NCBI GenBank assembly: GCA_016930485.1
Contig: JAFGGP010000017.1
Span: 1-54,938 of the forward strand
Length of the DNA stretch: 54,938 nt
Source of the DNA: Candidatus Omnitrophota bacterium
GTDB taxonomy: Bacteria > Omnitrophota > Gorgyraeia > JAFGGP01
Direction of reading: 5' to 3'
The notes beneath the pieces were generated by a model. It made no database searches, was not told the DNA's origin, and was given only the letters and a program-made list of their open reading frames with translations. The translations under genes were made by a program, and so were the position numbers. This document shows positions 45,822 to 54,938 of this stretch, piece after piece (the stretch's first letter is position 1; every line of letters starts with the position of its first letter).

Positions 45822-46268
45822 CTATGAGAGTTTGCCTTGCCCTTTGAGCTCGGCCAGTTCCATGGACATCTTATTAATCCAGTCAACGAGCTGTTTCAGC
45901 TCGTCCTTTTCCCTGAGATGAAACTGCTTGCCCACATCACCCTTTCCAAGATCTGCCAGAAACCGCTCAAGCCGCACAAAAGGGCCGATCACCCGGTGCG
46001 TCAAGATAATGCCGCAGAATAAAATCAGCGGCACCGCTACCGCCAGTTGAAAACTACTCATAAAGCCGATTGTCTTATAAATAATATCCAGCGTATCGCC
46101 CGTTGCAACCCCGGCCTGTTCCATGCTCATCCTCAGCACAATGAAACCGATCAGATTTCCCACCGAGATAACGTACATACAGAGGATTAACACCATCCGT
46201 ATATACTTAAACTGAAAGGTCTTATCAACTACGAAAACTCTCCGTTTAAACTTTTTCTGCTCCACCAT
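45822..46268 (-). CDS. Two-TM HAMP-domain membrane protein
   Basis: THRVIGPFVRL...LREKDELKQL. Confidence 0.8.
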   Translation of the reverse strand: MVEQKKFKRRVFVVDKTFQFKYIRMVLILCMYVISVGNLIGFIVLRMSMEQAGVATGDTLDIIYKTIGFMSSFQLAVAVPLILFCGIILTHRVIGPFVRLERFLADLGKGDVGKQFHLREKDELKQLVDWINKMSMELAELKGQGKLS

Positions 46269-46336
46269 AACAGGATCCTTTCGTTAGAGAATAGCGTAAA
46301 CCGGGTTTATATCTGTGGTATTCTATCGAAACACTT

Positions 46337-46522
46337 TCAGCCCGTTCCCGTCTTCCGGCCGTCGTTGTCTATAAACGCACACACCGCCTCTTCCAGTTTC
46401 TGCTTTGCCCTGCGCACCGGACCCGGAAGATGCATATTTTTCCCCGAGGTTACCGCATTATACATATCACTCAGCAACCATATAATGCCAATCCAGAAAA
46501 GAAACTGAAGCACTCCGAGCAT
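46337..46522 (-). CDS. Small hypothetical membrane protein
   Basis: Single TM, co-oriented in a gene gap; weak support. Confidence 0.45.
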   Translation of the reverse strand: MLGVLQFLFWIGIIWLLSDMYNAVTSGKNMHLPGPVRRAKQKLEEAVCAFIDNDGRKTGTG

Positions 46523-46546
46523 AGACCACCGACGCCGGTTAATGCG

Positions 46547-46942
46547 TCATTTTTTGAGATTGTCCTCGGTTTTTTCGAGTATCTGCTGCGACCTGCCCCT
46601 GTCCCCCATAACGCCGACCCGTATCACCATCTTGGTGGCGTTGGCGGTAATAGCATCCAGATCGATCCACACGTTTGCCCCATCGGCAAACTCTGTCCTG
46701 ATACGGGCGGTCAGCCTGTCCTTTCTGTCTTCGGTAGGCTCGAGCTCAAGCTCTGCCAGTGCCTTAAGTGTCGCCTCGTATACCTGGGTCAGGGAGGCGT
46801 CTATATCCTTATGCAATCTCCCGTACGCCCATACCCCGGTACCGGCTGCCGCTGCCGCTGTCCCAACCACCGCTGCCGCGCACCCGGCTGTGTGAATGGC
46901 AAAAACACCTATAAAGAGTATCTTAAAAATTCTTTGAACCAT
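46547..46942 (-). CDS. DUF3568-like lipoprotein
   Basis: Lipobox AGC; AAAAGTGVWAYG; IRVGVMGD. Confidence 0.8.
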   Translation of the reverse strand: MVQRIFKILFIGVFAIHTAGCAAAVVGTAAAAAGTGVWAYGRLHKDIDASLTQVYEATLKALAELELEPTEDRKDRLTARIRTEFADGANVWIDLDAITANATKMVIRVGVMGDRGRSQQILEKTEDNLKK

Positions 46943-47030
46943 AGTCTCTTCCGTCGGTTATAGTACATACAACCTGTAATATAGAATACTCCTCGTCCGC
47001 CCTCTTTGCAACTAAAAATCGCCGTAGCAC

Positions 47031-47453
47031 TCAGCCTATCTTAAGGATCCAGATCCCCAATACCACCAGGACAATACCGGCGCCCTTCACCGGGGTCATC
47101 GTCTCGCCGATACACAAGACGCCAAGGAGAAACGCAATCAAGGGGTATGACCCGGAAACCGGGACCACCCGCGATATCTCGCCGGTCTTGAGTGCCTGAT
47201 AAAACGCCAGCTGTCCTACGAAACTCGCGAGAAATCCCCCGAGAATCAGCCATGCCGCCGAACGGATATCGACCGATTTTATCTGCTGCGGCCTGAGCAT
47301 CACGGTACTTAATAGCACAAATCCGAGAATAACCCCCGTGCATCGGTAAAACAGCCCGACAATCGCGTCAACGTGCGACAGGCCGGTTTTTTCAAGAAGC
47401 GGCACCACCCCCCAGATACATGCCGTCAGAAAAGCCCACCAGAACCAGTTCAT
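47031..47453 (-). CDS. EamA/DMT family transporter (single domain)
   Basis: Five TM; ALKTGEISRVVP, LGE; start after GGAGG. Confidence 0.88.
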   Translation of the reverse strand: MNWFWWAFLTACIWGVVPLLEKTGLSHVDAIVGLFYRCTGVILGFVLLSTVMLRPQQIKSVDIRSAAWLILGGFLASFVGQLAFYQALKTGEISRVVPVSGSYPLIAFLLGVLCIGETMTPVKGAGIVLVVLGIWILKIG

Positions 47454-47548
47454 CGGCGCCTCCTCCTTTTCTTGTGTGTTAGCCACTGCCGTTTTCCCTG
47501 CAAAAACACTGAACAATCCTGCGCCGGGCACGCGGGGCACAGGCTTTT

Positions 47549-49150
47549 TCAGCGCTTCATCACCTCGTAGACCTCGGCGCTCTTGCCGTTTGACCGGAAA
47601 GACCGCACTAATCTTGTATTCAGCTCTTCGGTTATCAGTTTCCGCATACGCAGCGAATGATAACTTGATTGATAGGAAAAATAGATCAGGTCGATTTTCT
47701 TCTTATAATCCTCCCCGATAGTATCGGCATCAACAACATGAAGCGGCCGGGTAACATAACCCATCTCCGGACGGGTCAGCTCGTATGCCTGCGGCCAGTT
47801 TGTATAGACGGTGCTCTGTGGATAGTATTTTTCGATAAAGTTGCAGGCCGCGGCGTGTGTCTTTACCACATCGAGATACTCCATATTTGATTCCAAGACA
47901 GGCCCGCTGTTGGGGGTCTCCAGCATATGGGGCGTGTTATAAAGACCGTACCAGTTGGTTATGAGCAGCGCCGTAAAAAGTGCCGTCGCAACCGGAATAA
48001 CATATTTCCTCTTTTCAAACAGCACCACCAGCGAGTAGGCGCCGACGAGGTAGTAAAAGGGATACGCAATAAGTACATATCTGGGTAGAAGCTCGATATG
48101 AAAAGACAGCGAGAAGAGACTTAAAAATATAACTGTAAAAGGCAGCAGGAACTGCTTCTTTTTTGACACCAGGTGTACCACTGTTATCAGGTAGGGTATA
48201 AGAAAAAGAGCGAAAAGGTTGCCACCCCCAATCCCGAGTACCAGCACCGCAAGCGAGAAAAACAGGCTATAGAGGAACGGGTACACCGCGTGTATCTCTT
48301 TGTCGCGCAATCTATTAAGAAAAAGCAGCGTAAGCGTCATGCCGGATAAGAAAAAACGGTAGTTCCCGACAAAAAGTATCTTCATCCTGTTCTGCAGGAG
48401 TGGCATAATATCCCCTATGCGGTAAGCATACCTCCTGGGAACAAACAGCCACCCGGTTGCCCATTGATGATATGTCAGCCAGACCGCGAAGACAGCGATG
48501 GGGATGGCGTAAATAAGGAGTTTCTCAACCAGTACCTTTTTGGGCAGGCGATAACCGGTAGAGAGCACATACAGCAGGATGCTAAAGATTACTACAAGCC
48601 CAGGCGCCTTTGTCAGCACCAGACAGGATCCGCAAAAGAGATACCACGGTGTCTTTTTCTCCAGGGCGAAATACACCGTCATAACCGCAAGGGCGGTGAG
48701 AGGGATAGAAAGATTAACGATGCCCGATTGCGCGAAATAGAGCGGCGAGAAAAACAAAAACAGAGCCGCTATCACACCGGTCTTTCTATCCATCAGCAAA
48801 ACTCCCACAAGATAGGTAAAATACACCCCCAGAAAAGAGAAGATGATGATAACCAGATGGGATATCCACCGTGAATAACTAAAGACCGCCCAGACAAACG
48901 CCAGGGTTTCATGAACGAACGGCGGGTGTCCGGCGTCGAACGGCCCCAAGAGAGGAATGCATCTGTTGCAATATATGAATAAAGCACCCGGTATATTGAA
49001 ACTGATTGCGTCGAGGTAATAAGGCTGGTTGATGATGGGCAGTTTAAAAAGGAGGACACCGAGAAAAAAAAGAAGCGCCTGTACCGCCGCATGCGAAGCA
49101 ATGCTGCGCGCCAGGGCCCTGACAGAAAGGAGATTAACCGGTTTTGACAT
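47549..49150 (-). CDS. ArnT/PMT-like (GT-C) membrane glycosyltransferase
   Basis: Multi-TM; GHPP, LTK, PRY motifs; next to a GT2 gene. Confidence 0.8.
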   Translation of the reverse strand: MSKPVNLLSVRALARSIASHAAVQALLFFLGVLLFKLPIINQPYYLDAISFNIPGALFIYCNRCIPLLGPFDAGHPPFVHETLAFVWAVFSYSRWISHLVIIIFSFLGVYFTYLVGVLLMDRKTGVIAALFLFFSPLYFAQSGIVNLSIPLTALAVMTVYFALEKKTPWYLFCGSCLVLTKAPGLVVIFSILLYVLSTGYRLPKKVLVEKLLIYAIPIAVFAVWLTYHQWATGWLFVPRRYAYRIGDIMPLLQNRMKILFVGNYRFFLSGMTLTLLFLNRLRDKEIHAVYPFLYSLFFSLAVLVLGIGGGNLFALFLIPYLITVVHLVSKKKQFLLPFTVIFLSLFSLSFHIELLPRYVLIAYPFYYLVGAYSLVVLFEKRKYVIPVATALFTALLITNWYGLYNTPHMLETPNSGPVLESNMEYLDVVKTHAAACNFIEKYYPQSTVYTNWPQAYELTRPEMGYVTRPLHVVDADTIGEDYKKKIDLIYFSYQSSYHSLRMRKLITEELNTRLVRSFRSNGKSAEVYEVMKR

Positions 49151-49832
49151 ATCTGCCTTTGTGAAGGAGATAACGAAAAAGCAGCGCTGCCATCGGAAGG
49201 CGAACAGAGAGGTTAAATTTCGATTCCCCTGTCTCTCTGGGCCTGTGGTTTACTACTACTTCACCTATCCGGCACCCGCGTGCCAGCAAAATTCCGGTCA
49301 GCATAAAATACATACCGTCTGACAGATTCAGGTTTTTCAGGACGGTGCTCCTGTAGACACGGAGTGCGCAGCAGACATCGTGGATTTTCTCACCGAGGAT
49401 TATCCTGCGTGAGATATTGGCGACCTTGGAGAGCAGCCTTACCCCAGCGGAATCCTTTCTCTCTCTCCTCCAGCCGCAGACCACATCGTACCCTTCTTCC
49501 AGTTTCTCAAGAAGCCGCGGGATATCGCGGGGATCGTTCTGCAGGTCCGCGTCCAGGCTTATGACTATCTCCCCCTGCGCCCGGCGAAATCCTTCCGCAA
49601 ACGCCTCGGACTGCCCCCTGTTTTCCGGAAAGCATACAGGGCGTACCGCGTCATCGCTGGCCGATATGTCTTCCAGCAGCTGCCGGGTACTGTCCGTGGA
49701 GGCATCGTCAACGAAGATAATCTCGTACGGGCGGGCAGCCCCGTCCATCACCTCTTTCAGGCTGCGGTACAGCCCGCCTATGGCTTCCTCCTCGTTATAT
49801 GCCGGGATAACGACTGAATAGTGTGTGTGCAT
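49134..49832 (-). CDS. GT2 glycosyltransferase (ArnC/DPM synthase-like)
   Basis: SVVIPAYNEE, VDDASTD, LDADLQNDP. Confidence 0.92.
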   Translation of the reverse strand: MHTHYSVVIPAYNEEEAIGGLYRSLKEVMDGAARPYEIIFVDDASTDSTRQLLEDISASDDAVRPVCFPENRGQSEAFAEGFRRAQGEIVISLDADLQNDPRDIPRLLEKLEEGYDVVCGWRRERKDSAGVRLLSKVANISRRIILGEKIHDVCCALRVYRSTVLKNLNLSDGMYFMLTGILLARGCRIGEVVVNHRPRETGESKFNLSVRLPMAALLFRYLLHKGRYVKTG

Positions 49833-49913
49833 GACAAAAGAAAAACGGACAGAGCATGCCCTTTACCATGAGAATACTATCGGTACTGCCTTGCATTACC
49901 TTTTACAATCAGG

Positions 49914-50040
49914 TTTACCCCGTTAGACCTCGATCTCTCGGCCGGGGCTTGCTTGCTGTTTAGGAAACTATGACAATAGACATCGCCGGCATCAAAGATA
50001 CCCATGCTCAGTGCTGCAGGAGCAAGTCTCACGGGGTAAA
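49914..50040. mobile_element. Palindromic MITE-like element, copy 3 (intergenic)
   Basis: TTTACCCCGTTAGAC...GTCTCACGGGGTAAA, 14/15-bp terminal inverted repeat. Confidence 0.7.
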
Positions 50041-50247
50041 TTGTAGCAGTTTTCAGACGGGGTGTATAGGCTTTTAAAAAATGCGGGCACTCTTGGCCTG
50101 ATACGGGGATTTCTTCTTTTTGAATGAGCAAACTCACCGACCCTCACATCCGGTCCACCCTTTCTCTTTGCGAAAACCCACCTCGTACTCCGATGCAAAA
50201 TAGGGGTCAGGTTTTCAGGCGCTCTTTATGACTCGGGTGACTGCCTC

Positions 50248-50568
50248 TTAAGGTTGCCGATTATGGTCCTTGAGAACTAAACGGTCGCCGTCTCCCCTGT
50301 TTTCCATAATTGTGTGCTGTTCCTTCGCCATATCTACTAAAAATCTTCTCCAGAGTCCGACAATCAGCCCGCACAGTCCCCCAATTACTAAGAAAAGGCC
50401 AAACAAAGACCAGATAACCCAGACTATAATATCAAAACCGGTCGGCCCTTCCCGCCAGGCATCCCAAGAGACAAGACAAATCAACAGGCCTACACCTAAT
50501 GCAATAATGCCAAAAAATATATCGAGCGCCACCCCTATGATAAACCTCTGTCTTACTGACAGGCCCAT
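50248..50568 (-). CDS. Hypothetical two-TM membrane protein
   Basis: GGAGGAG RBS; hydrophobic helices. Confidence 0.7.
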   Translation of the reverse strand: MGLSVRQRFIIGVALDIFFGIIALGVGLLICLVSWDAWREGPTGFDIIVWVIWSLFGLFLVIGGLCGLIVGLWRRFLVDMAKEQHTIMENRGDGDRLVLKDHNRQP

Positions 50569-50586
50569 GGCACATCTCCTCCCTCT

Positions 50587-51201
50587 TTAAGCCCCGCTTT
50601 CTTTAATAATCAAGGTGTCAATTAGATGTTCAAATGCCGGCTGATAGGTGAGAAAGTCGCGGGCATCATTAACTATCAGGGACAGCTCAAAGATATTCTG
50701 TCCCTCAATTACTTTTACGGTGCGGCCGCGTCCGCCATTACTTCTTTCTACGTCCTCAATGAGGCCTGGTTTATTGTCAACCGTGGTTATTTCCAGCTGA
50801 TGCACCCTGGTAACGTCACCGCCCGCCTCTGCATCTCTATACACCCCCTGACGCTCTTTCAGTAAATCCTGGACACTGACCGTATCCCGGCGGGTTGATC
50901 TGGTAATCATAAAACACGCCGTCCCGCGGGGAGCCACTATCATAGAAAACTCCAATATCGTTATTCCAAAGGGATTTAGTTGTTCCTGCACGTTTTTTTT
51001 CATCAGGTCAAGTCTCTCCCGAGGATGTTCCTGCCACTCACCGGGATATTCGAACTCCATCCCCCCTCTTGAAAAAGAGGCGTATTGAGTGGAAGGGGTC
51101 CGGGCAGTTTCTTGCGCAATGGCCGTGCCTGCACACCCCCATAGTACAATAAACAAAATAAGACTGCCTGCTCTTACAGCCTTCACGTCGCCTTGAGACA
51201 T
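50587..51201 (-). CDS. Secreted PsbP/Mog1-like protein
   Basis: AGGAGG RBS; signal peptide; FEYPGEW...FEHLIDTL pattern. Confidence 0.7.
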   Translation of the reverse strand: MSQGDVKAVRAGSLILFIVLWGCAGTAIAQETARTPSTQYASFSRGGMEFEYPGEWQEHPRERLDLMKKNVQEQLNPFGITILEFSMIVAPRGTACFMITRSTRRDTVSVQDLLKERQGVYRDAEAGGDVTRVHQLEITTVDNKPGLIEDVERSNGGRGRTVKVIEGQNIFELSLIVNDARDFLTYQPAFEHLIDTLIIKESGA

Positions 51202-51242
51202 ATCCCCTCCTTTTACATGAGACCACAATACACAGATGGTTT

Positions 51243-51896
51243 TTATTGTGCGACCCTGCACTCCACAATAGCCTTCAGCCCGGCCTCTTCTACGACAATG
51301 CGGGCATACCCCTCCTTCAGCGCTGTAATATTCACGTTGTCTCCGGCAGGCGGGTCTATATGTACAATGCCGGCGGCACCGTCCGGTCTCCAATGAGGAA
51401 AAGAACCTGTCAATTCCCTTCCGTCAGGACCGACAAAGATACACCTCATCTCATACGTCTGGCCCTCTTTCAAAATCAGCTCGTCACCCGCAAACTCGGT
51501 ATCCCTGAATCCATAATCCACCTTTTGGGAAATGAGCCTGGCCTTTATCGACAGGTTCTGCCGCAGATCCATCGTTGAGCTAATGTCTATCTGCACAGTT
51601 CCCTTAATAGCCTTGGCGAGCGGCAGATACACAAGGCGCACCGTCATACCCAAGGCAAAGATAATGGTAATGCCCCCTATCATTGTGATTACATGAGGAT
51701 TAATCATCGTTCTGCTGTGCGGCTTTTGTCGGATCCCGAAATCTTCAACTAGTCTATCCAGATAACAAAGCGCAAGACCTCCTAACACTAAAGGAGGCGC
51801 CGTCGCGCAAATGCCATAGAACAAGAAATACGCCGGTGCGGAAAACCTCTGTTTTGGGGCGAGGATTATATTATAAGGATCTATCTTTCCTGTCAT
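51243..51896 (-). CDS. Hypothetical membrane protein with a C-terminal Ig-like segment
   Basis: Two TM; ILKEGQTY...ITALKEGYARIVV. Confidence 0.6.
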   Translation of the reverse strand: MTGKIDPYNIILAPKQRFSAPAYFLFYGICATAPPLVLGGLALCYLDRLVEDFGIRQKPHSRTMINPHVITMIGGITIIFALGMTVRLVYLPLAKAIKGTVQIDISSTMDLRQNLSIKARLISQKVDYGFRDTEFAGDELILKEGQTYEMRCIFVGPDGRELTGSFPHWRPDGAAGIVHIDPPAGDNVNITALKEGYARIVVEEAGLKAIVECRVAQ

Positions 51897-52116
51897 CAGG
51901 CTTCCTTATAAGAAAAAAAGCGGCCCCTGTTTTCGAGAAGCTCGCCTTTGATTGAGATCGTACCGCCTTCATGCCAGCACCTTTATATTATATAGTGCTA
52001 TTCGTATTTAATCCGTTGGCATTATACTAGTGATGGGGAATTAACACTATTTATTTTGGGCGGCTTTATATTATTCGCCGAGGTCTTTTTTAGCAAACAG
52101 GCATTGTCATTTTCGC

Positions 52117-52653
52117 TCACTTCATCTTTGAAGGAAAAGCAATAATCTTCCCTGCCACACTGAAATTGCCTCTGCCGTGATGATGAATTGTCTTCGGAAT
52201 ATTTCCGGTGGGTTTTATCCATGCCTTCAGCACCTCAAGGATAAAGAGATTGTATGCCCTGATCATTCTCCGGTCCGCTACCCGGCACTCAAGGTTCGCA
52301 TAACACTCATCAATAAGCGGGGAGGCAACCATCCGGGCAGACCGCGGGGTGAGTGTATACGTCTTAAATTTGTCAACTTTGTCTCCGTGTGTGTTGCCGC
52401 AGGCAACGACTTTTTCGGTAAGTTCAACAGTTGGTATATTGATAACACACTCTCCGGTTTTGCGTAGAATATCAAATGTGCGGTTACGATTGCTTATCAC
52501 ACAGCCTACAAGAGGCGGTTCAAACTCAAGCATAGTATGCCACGACATGGTCATAATGTTGGACCGCTTTTTATATGCCGTTGAAACCAGTACCACCGGA
52601 CCGGTTTCAAGTAAACCATAGACCTTTGATAAAGGATAACTCTTTTTCTTCAC
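52117..52653 (-). CDS. Flavin reductase-like protein
   Basis: ETGPVVLVST, NIMTMSWH, ECVINIP, ECYANLEC; GTG start after GGAGGAG. Confidence 0.9.
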   Translation of the reverse strand: MKKKSYPLSKVYGLLETGPVVLVSTAYKKRSNIMTMSWHTMLEFEPPLVGCVISNRNRTFDILRKTGECVINIPTVELTEKVVACGNTHGDKVDKFKTYTLTPRSARMVASPLIDECYANLECRVADRRMIRAYNLFILEVLKAWIKPTGNIPKTIHHHGRGNFSVAGKIIAFPSKMK

Positions 52654-52932
52654 GTCTATTCTCCTCCGTTGGCAGTACGTAATATCAAGCTTTATTATAA
52701 CAGCCATCTTTGGCAAAATCAGCCTCATTTTGGCGTTACATAGGGTCCATTAAATTAGGCGCCATTTAGAGATATCGAGAGGTTGTGTACATGCATTTGA
52801 AGCAGAGAATTGCAGCTAAAAGAAAGAGAGAGGTTGGCTTTATGCGGTGAGCTTACGCCAAAAGCGCCTAAGGCTTTGACGTGTGGCGAGATAGGCAACC
52901 GTTTGGAATTTGTAATTTGGTTATTGGAAATT

Positions 52933-52962
52933 AAAAAGCCCGTTATCTCTAACGGGCTTTTT
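52933..52962. terminator. Bidirectional intrinsic terminator
   Basis: aaaaagcccgtta-tctc-taacgggcttttt. Confidence 0.85.
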
Positions 52963-52965
52963 TAG

Positions 52966-52986
52966 TGGCTGCCCCGCTTGGACTCG
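52966..52986 (-). repeat. Duplicated 3' 21 nt of tRNA-Gln (att-like)
   Basis: tggctgccccgcttggactcg identical to 53166-53186. Confidence 0.9.
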
Positions 52987-53165
52987 GCGCCTCCGCCTTC
53001 GCAGGTGCTCAGGCTCCGGTCGGCCACTCGGCCGCTGACGGGCGGTCATTCCTGACATACGCCCTTTTCCTTCGGCGCGGCCTCACTTCTTGTCCTTCGC
53101 TGTGGCTCAACCGTATATAGATACGGGGGCTCTACTCAAAAGAGTGAAGCCCCCGCATATCAAGA

Positions 53166-53240
53166 TGGCTGCCCCGCTTGGACTCGAACCAAGAATAACT
53201 GATCCAGAGTCAGTCGTGTTGCCAATTACACTACGGGGCA
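53166..53240 (-). tRNA. tRNA-Gln(CTG)
   Basis: TGCCCCG...ACTGA-CTCTGGA-TCAGT...GGTTCGAGTCC...CGGGGCAGCCA. Confidence 0.97.
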
Positions 53241-53251
53241 GCGGTTTTTAA

Positions 53252-53421
53252 AAACTCTAAATCCAAAACCCTAAATCATAAACTCTACCCTATTCTCGTA
53301 ATTAGTAACTGGTACTTAGTAATTGAACTGCTTATTTTTTTAGTTACGAATTTTGTTATTTTGAGTTTTGATATTTGGGTTTTGTGCTTGTTTAGAGTTT
53401 CGGGTTTAGTGTTTAGAGTTT
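53252..53421. repeat. Heptamer-periodic inverted repeat arrays
   Basis: aaactct aaatcca aaaccct aaatcat aaactct / gtaatta gtaactg gtactta gtaattg / tttagag tttcggg tttagtg tttagag. Confidence 0.75.
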
Positions 53422-53423
53422 AT

Positions 53424-54743
53424 TCACATACATAAATGGTCTGCTGCGTACCGCAATCGCTCAAGCACTTTTCTTTTCCCTAACAGAATGATTACATCAA
53501 AAAGTCCGGGGCTTGCGGTCTTTCCCGTGAGGGCCACGCGTATAGGCTGCATCACAACCTTTGCCTTGATGCCCCTCTCATCGGCATAGCCGCGTATGCA
53601 ACCTTCGAGGCCCGCTTCATCAAACGTCTCCAGACCCTCGAGCCTGGCCGCTATCTCCAAAAGATACTCCCTGGCGCCTTCGCTCTTCAGGTGTTTCTCG
53701 ACAGCCTCCGTATTATACTTGTCTTTCTTGAATTCGTCAAAAAAAACAAAGTCCGCCTCGGTGACAAAATCATTCAGTGACCGCATCCGTTGCTTGAACG
53801 CCGCCACGACCCGTAACAGCCACTCTCTCTTCAACGCCCCTTCCGAAGCAAGTCCCGCCTCCTCAAGAAAAGGCAGTGCACGCTGCAAAAGTTCCTCATC
53901 GGATAACTTCATGATATACTGTCCGTTCATCCACTCGAGTTTCGTGAGGTCAAAGGTGGCACCGGTCTTATTAATGTCCTTGATCTGAAACCTCGCGACG
54001 ATTTCCTCTTTCGATAAAACCTCGCTGTCGTCCTTGGGCGACCATCCTAAAAGTGCCAGATAGTTAAAGAGCGCACCAGATAATATTCCCTTTTGGCGGT
54101 ATTCGGTTACCGAAACCGCCCCGTGCCTTTTTGAAAGACGGGACCGGTCGGGCGCAAGAATAAGCGGCAGGTGCGCAAACTGCGGCACCTCACAACCCAG
54201 CGCCCGGTAAAGCAGTACCTGCTTCGGCGTATTGGTGATATGGTCCTCGCCGCGAACAATATGGGTAATGCCCATGGTAAGATCGTCGACCACGCAGGCA
54301 AAGTTGTAAGTTGTCGAACCGTCTGATTTTACGATAACCAGGTCGTCGAACTGCTCCGTGTCTATACTAATCTCGCCCCGTATCAGATCTTTAAAGGTAA
54401 CCTTTTCCTCCTTCGGTATCCTGAACCTGAGCGCCTCTGTCTCGCCTGGCTGGTCATAGTAGGCAAGGCCGCTTTCAAGCAGCCTCCGGGCGTATTCCTT
54501 GTGCATGCCCTCGCGTTCGCTCTGAAAATAGGGGCCCTCGTCCCACTCAAGGCCCAGCCACCTGAGTGAGTCAAGGATATCGTCCAGGTATTTTTTCTCC
54601 GAGCGCTGCCTGTCGGTGTCTTCTATCCTCAGAATGAAGACGCCCTTTTGCGACCGGGCAAAGAGCCAGTTAAAGAGCGCGGTCCGCGCCCCTCCTACAT
54701 GGAGATATCCGGTTGGTGACGGGGCAAATCGTACTCGTACCAT
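53424..54743 (-). CDS. gltX: Glutamate--tRNA ligase
   Basis: RFAPSPTGYLHVGG, RIEDTD, RGEDH, LSKR. Confidence 0.97.
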   Translation of the reverse strand: MVRVRFAPSPTGYLHVGGARTALFNWLFARSQKGVFILRIEDTDRQRSEKKYLDDILDSLRWLGLEWDEGPYFQSEREGMHKEYARRLLESGLAYYDQPGETEALRFRIPKEEKVTFKDLIRGEISIDTEQFDDLVIVKSDGSTTYNFACVVDDLTMGITHIVRGEDHITNTPKQVLLYRALGCEVPQFAHLPLILAPDRSRLSKRHGAVSVTEYRQKGILSGALFNYLALLGWSPKDDSEVLSKEEIVARFQIKDINKTGATFDLTKLEWMNGQYIMKLSDEELLQRALPFLEEAGLASEGALKREWLLRVVAAFKQRMRSLNDFVTEADFVFFDEFKKDKYNTEAVEKHLKSEGAREYLLEIAARLEGLETFDEAGLEGCIRGYADERGIKAKVVMQPIRVALTGKTASPGLFDVIILLGKRKVLERLRYAADHLCM

Positions 54744-54792
54744 AGAGATGTAGATCCTTTTTCAGGTCACAAGTCACCGGGTCGCCAATAAT

Positions 54793-54920
54793 AAATTTCC
54801 AATTCCAAATGACAAATCTCAAATGAATCATCTAATGCCAAATTCCAAAAAAAGAATTAAAAAGATTTTTTGATTTATTTGGGTTTTGGATTTCATTTGG
54901 ATTTTGTCATTTGTCATTGA
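54793..54920. repeat. Heptamer-periodic inverted repeat arrays
   Basis: aaatttc caattcc aaatgac aaatctc ... tttgggt tttggat ... tttgtca tttgtca. Confidence 0.7.
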
Positions 54921-54938
54921 GCGGTCACCTGTGTCATA

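Noticed and set aside
49877-50198. 86-aa and 68-aa ORFs
   Set aside because: They run through the palindromic element, have no recognisable motif and are probably spurious.
50195-50250. REP-like GGGGTCAG/GGTGAC motifs (also near 29820)
   Set aside because: Too short and degenerate, with no associated transposase in the window.
52966-53186. Intact prophage or ICE at tRNA-Gln
   Set aside because: Only 179 bp separate the repeats, and no integrase or phage genes are present.
53252-53421. CRISPR array
   Set aside because: No constant 25-40 bp repeats with unique spacers and no cas genes in the window.

Overview
Bacterial chromosomal window, probably Candidatus Omnitrophota or a related diderm lineage (inferred from gene content and style, not verified). 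Bases 1-12075 on the minus strand are the 5' part of one uninterrupted giant ORF (>4025 aa, runs off the left edge). The ORF track misses it because there is no stop codon in the window. The protein has a Sec signal, YD/RHS-like and 'DIFG' beta-repeats, and a DUF4214-like motif. It also has a catalytically dead C39-like domain followed by a double-glycine-type cleavage motif, a second C39 domain with intact Cys/His, and a CBM-like domain. Its leader holds a sigma70 promoter, a c-di-GMP-I riboswitch and an overlapping terminator. Upstream and co-directional is an unusual six-gene export operon: AMIN-TolC, MFP, an RND with an acidic tail ending in a winged HTH, two secreted accessory proteins, and a second RND. 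Tandem TGATACGGTT repeats mark this operon at three places. A divergent FIST - histidine kinase - REC-GGDEF operon could supply the c-di-GMP. The rest contains tRNA-Glu/Leu/Gln, an MscS-GH65-GT4-OtsB osmolyte cluster, ydbH/ynbE-ydbL-like genes, nifS/nifU, dusB, a pilin, GT2/ArnT-like genes and gltX. Small palindromic elements overlap coding sequences, and heptamer-periodic repeats occur between genes.
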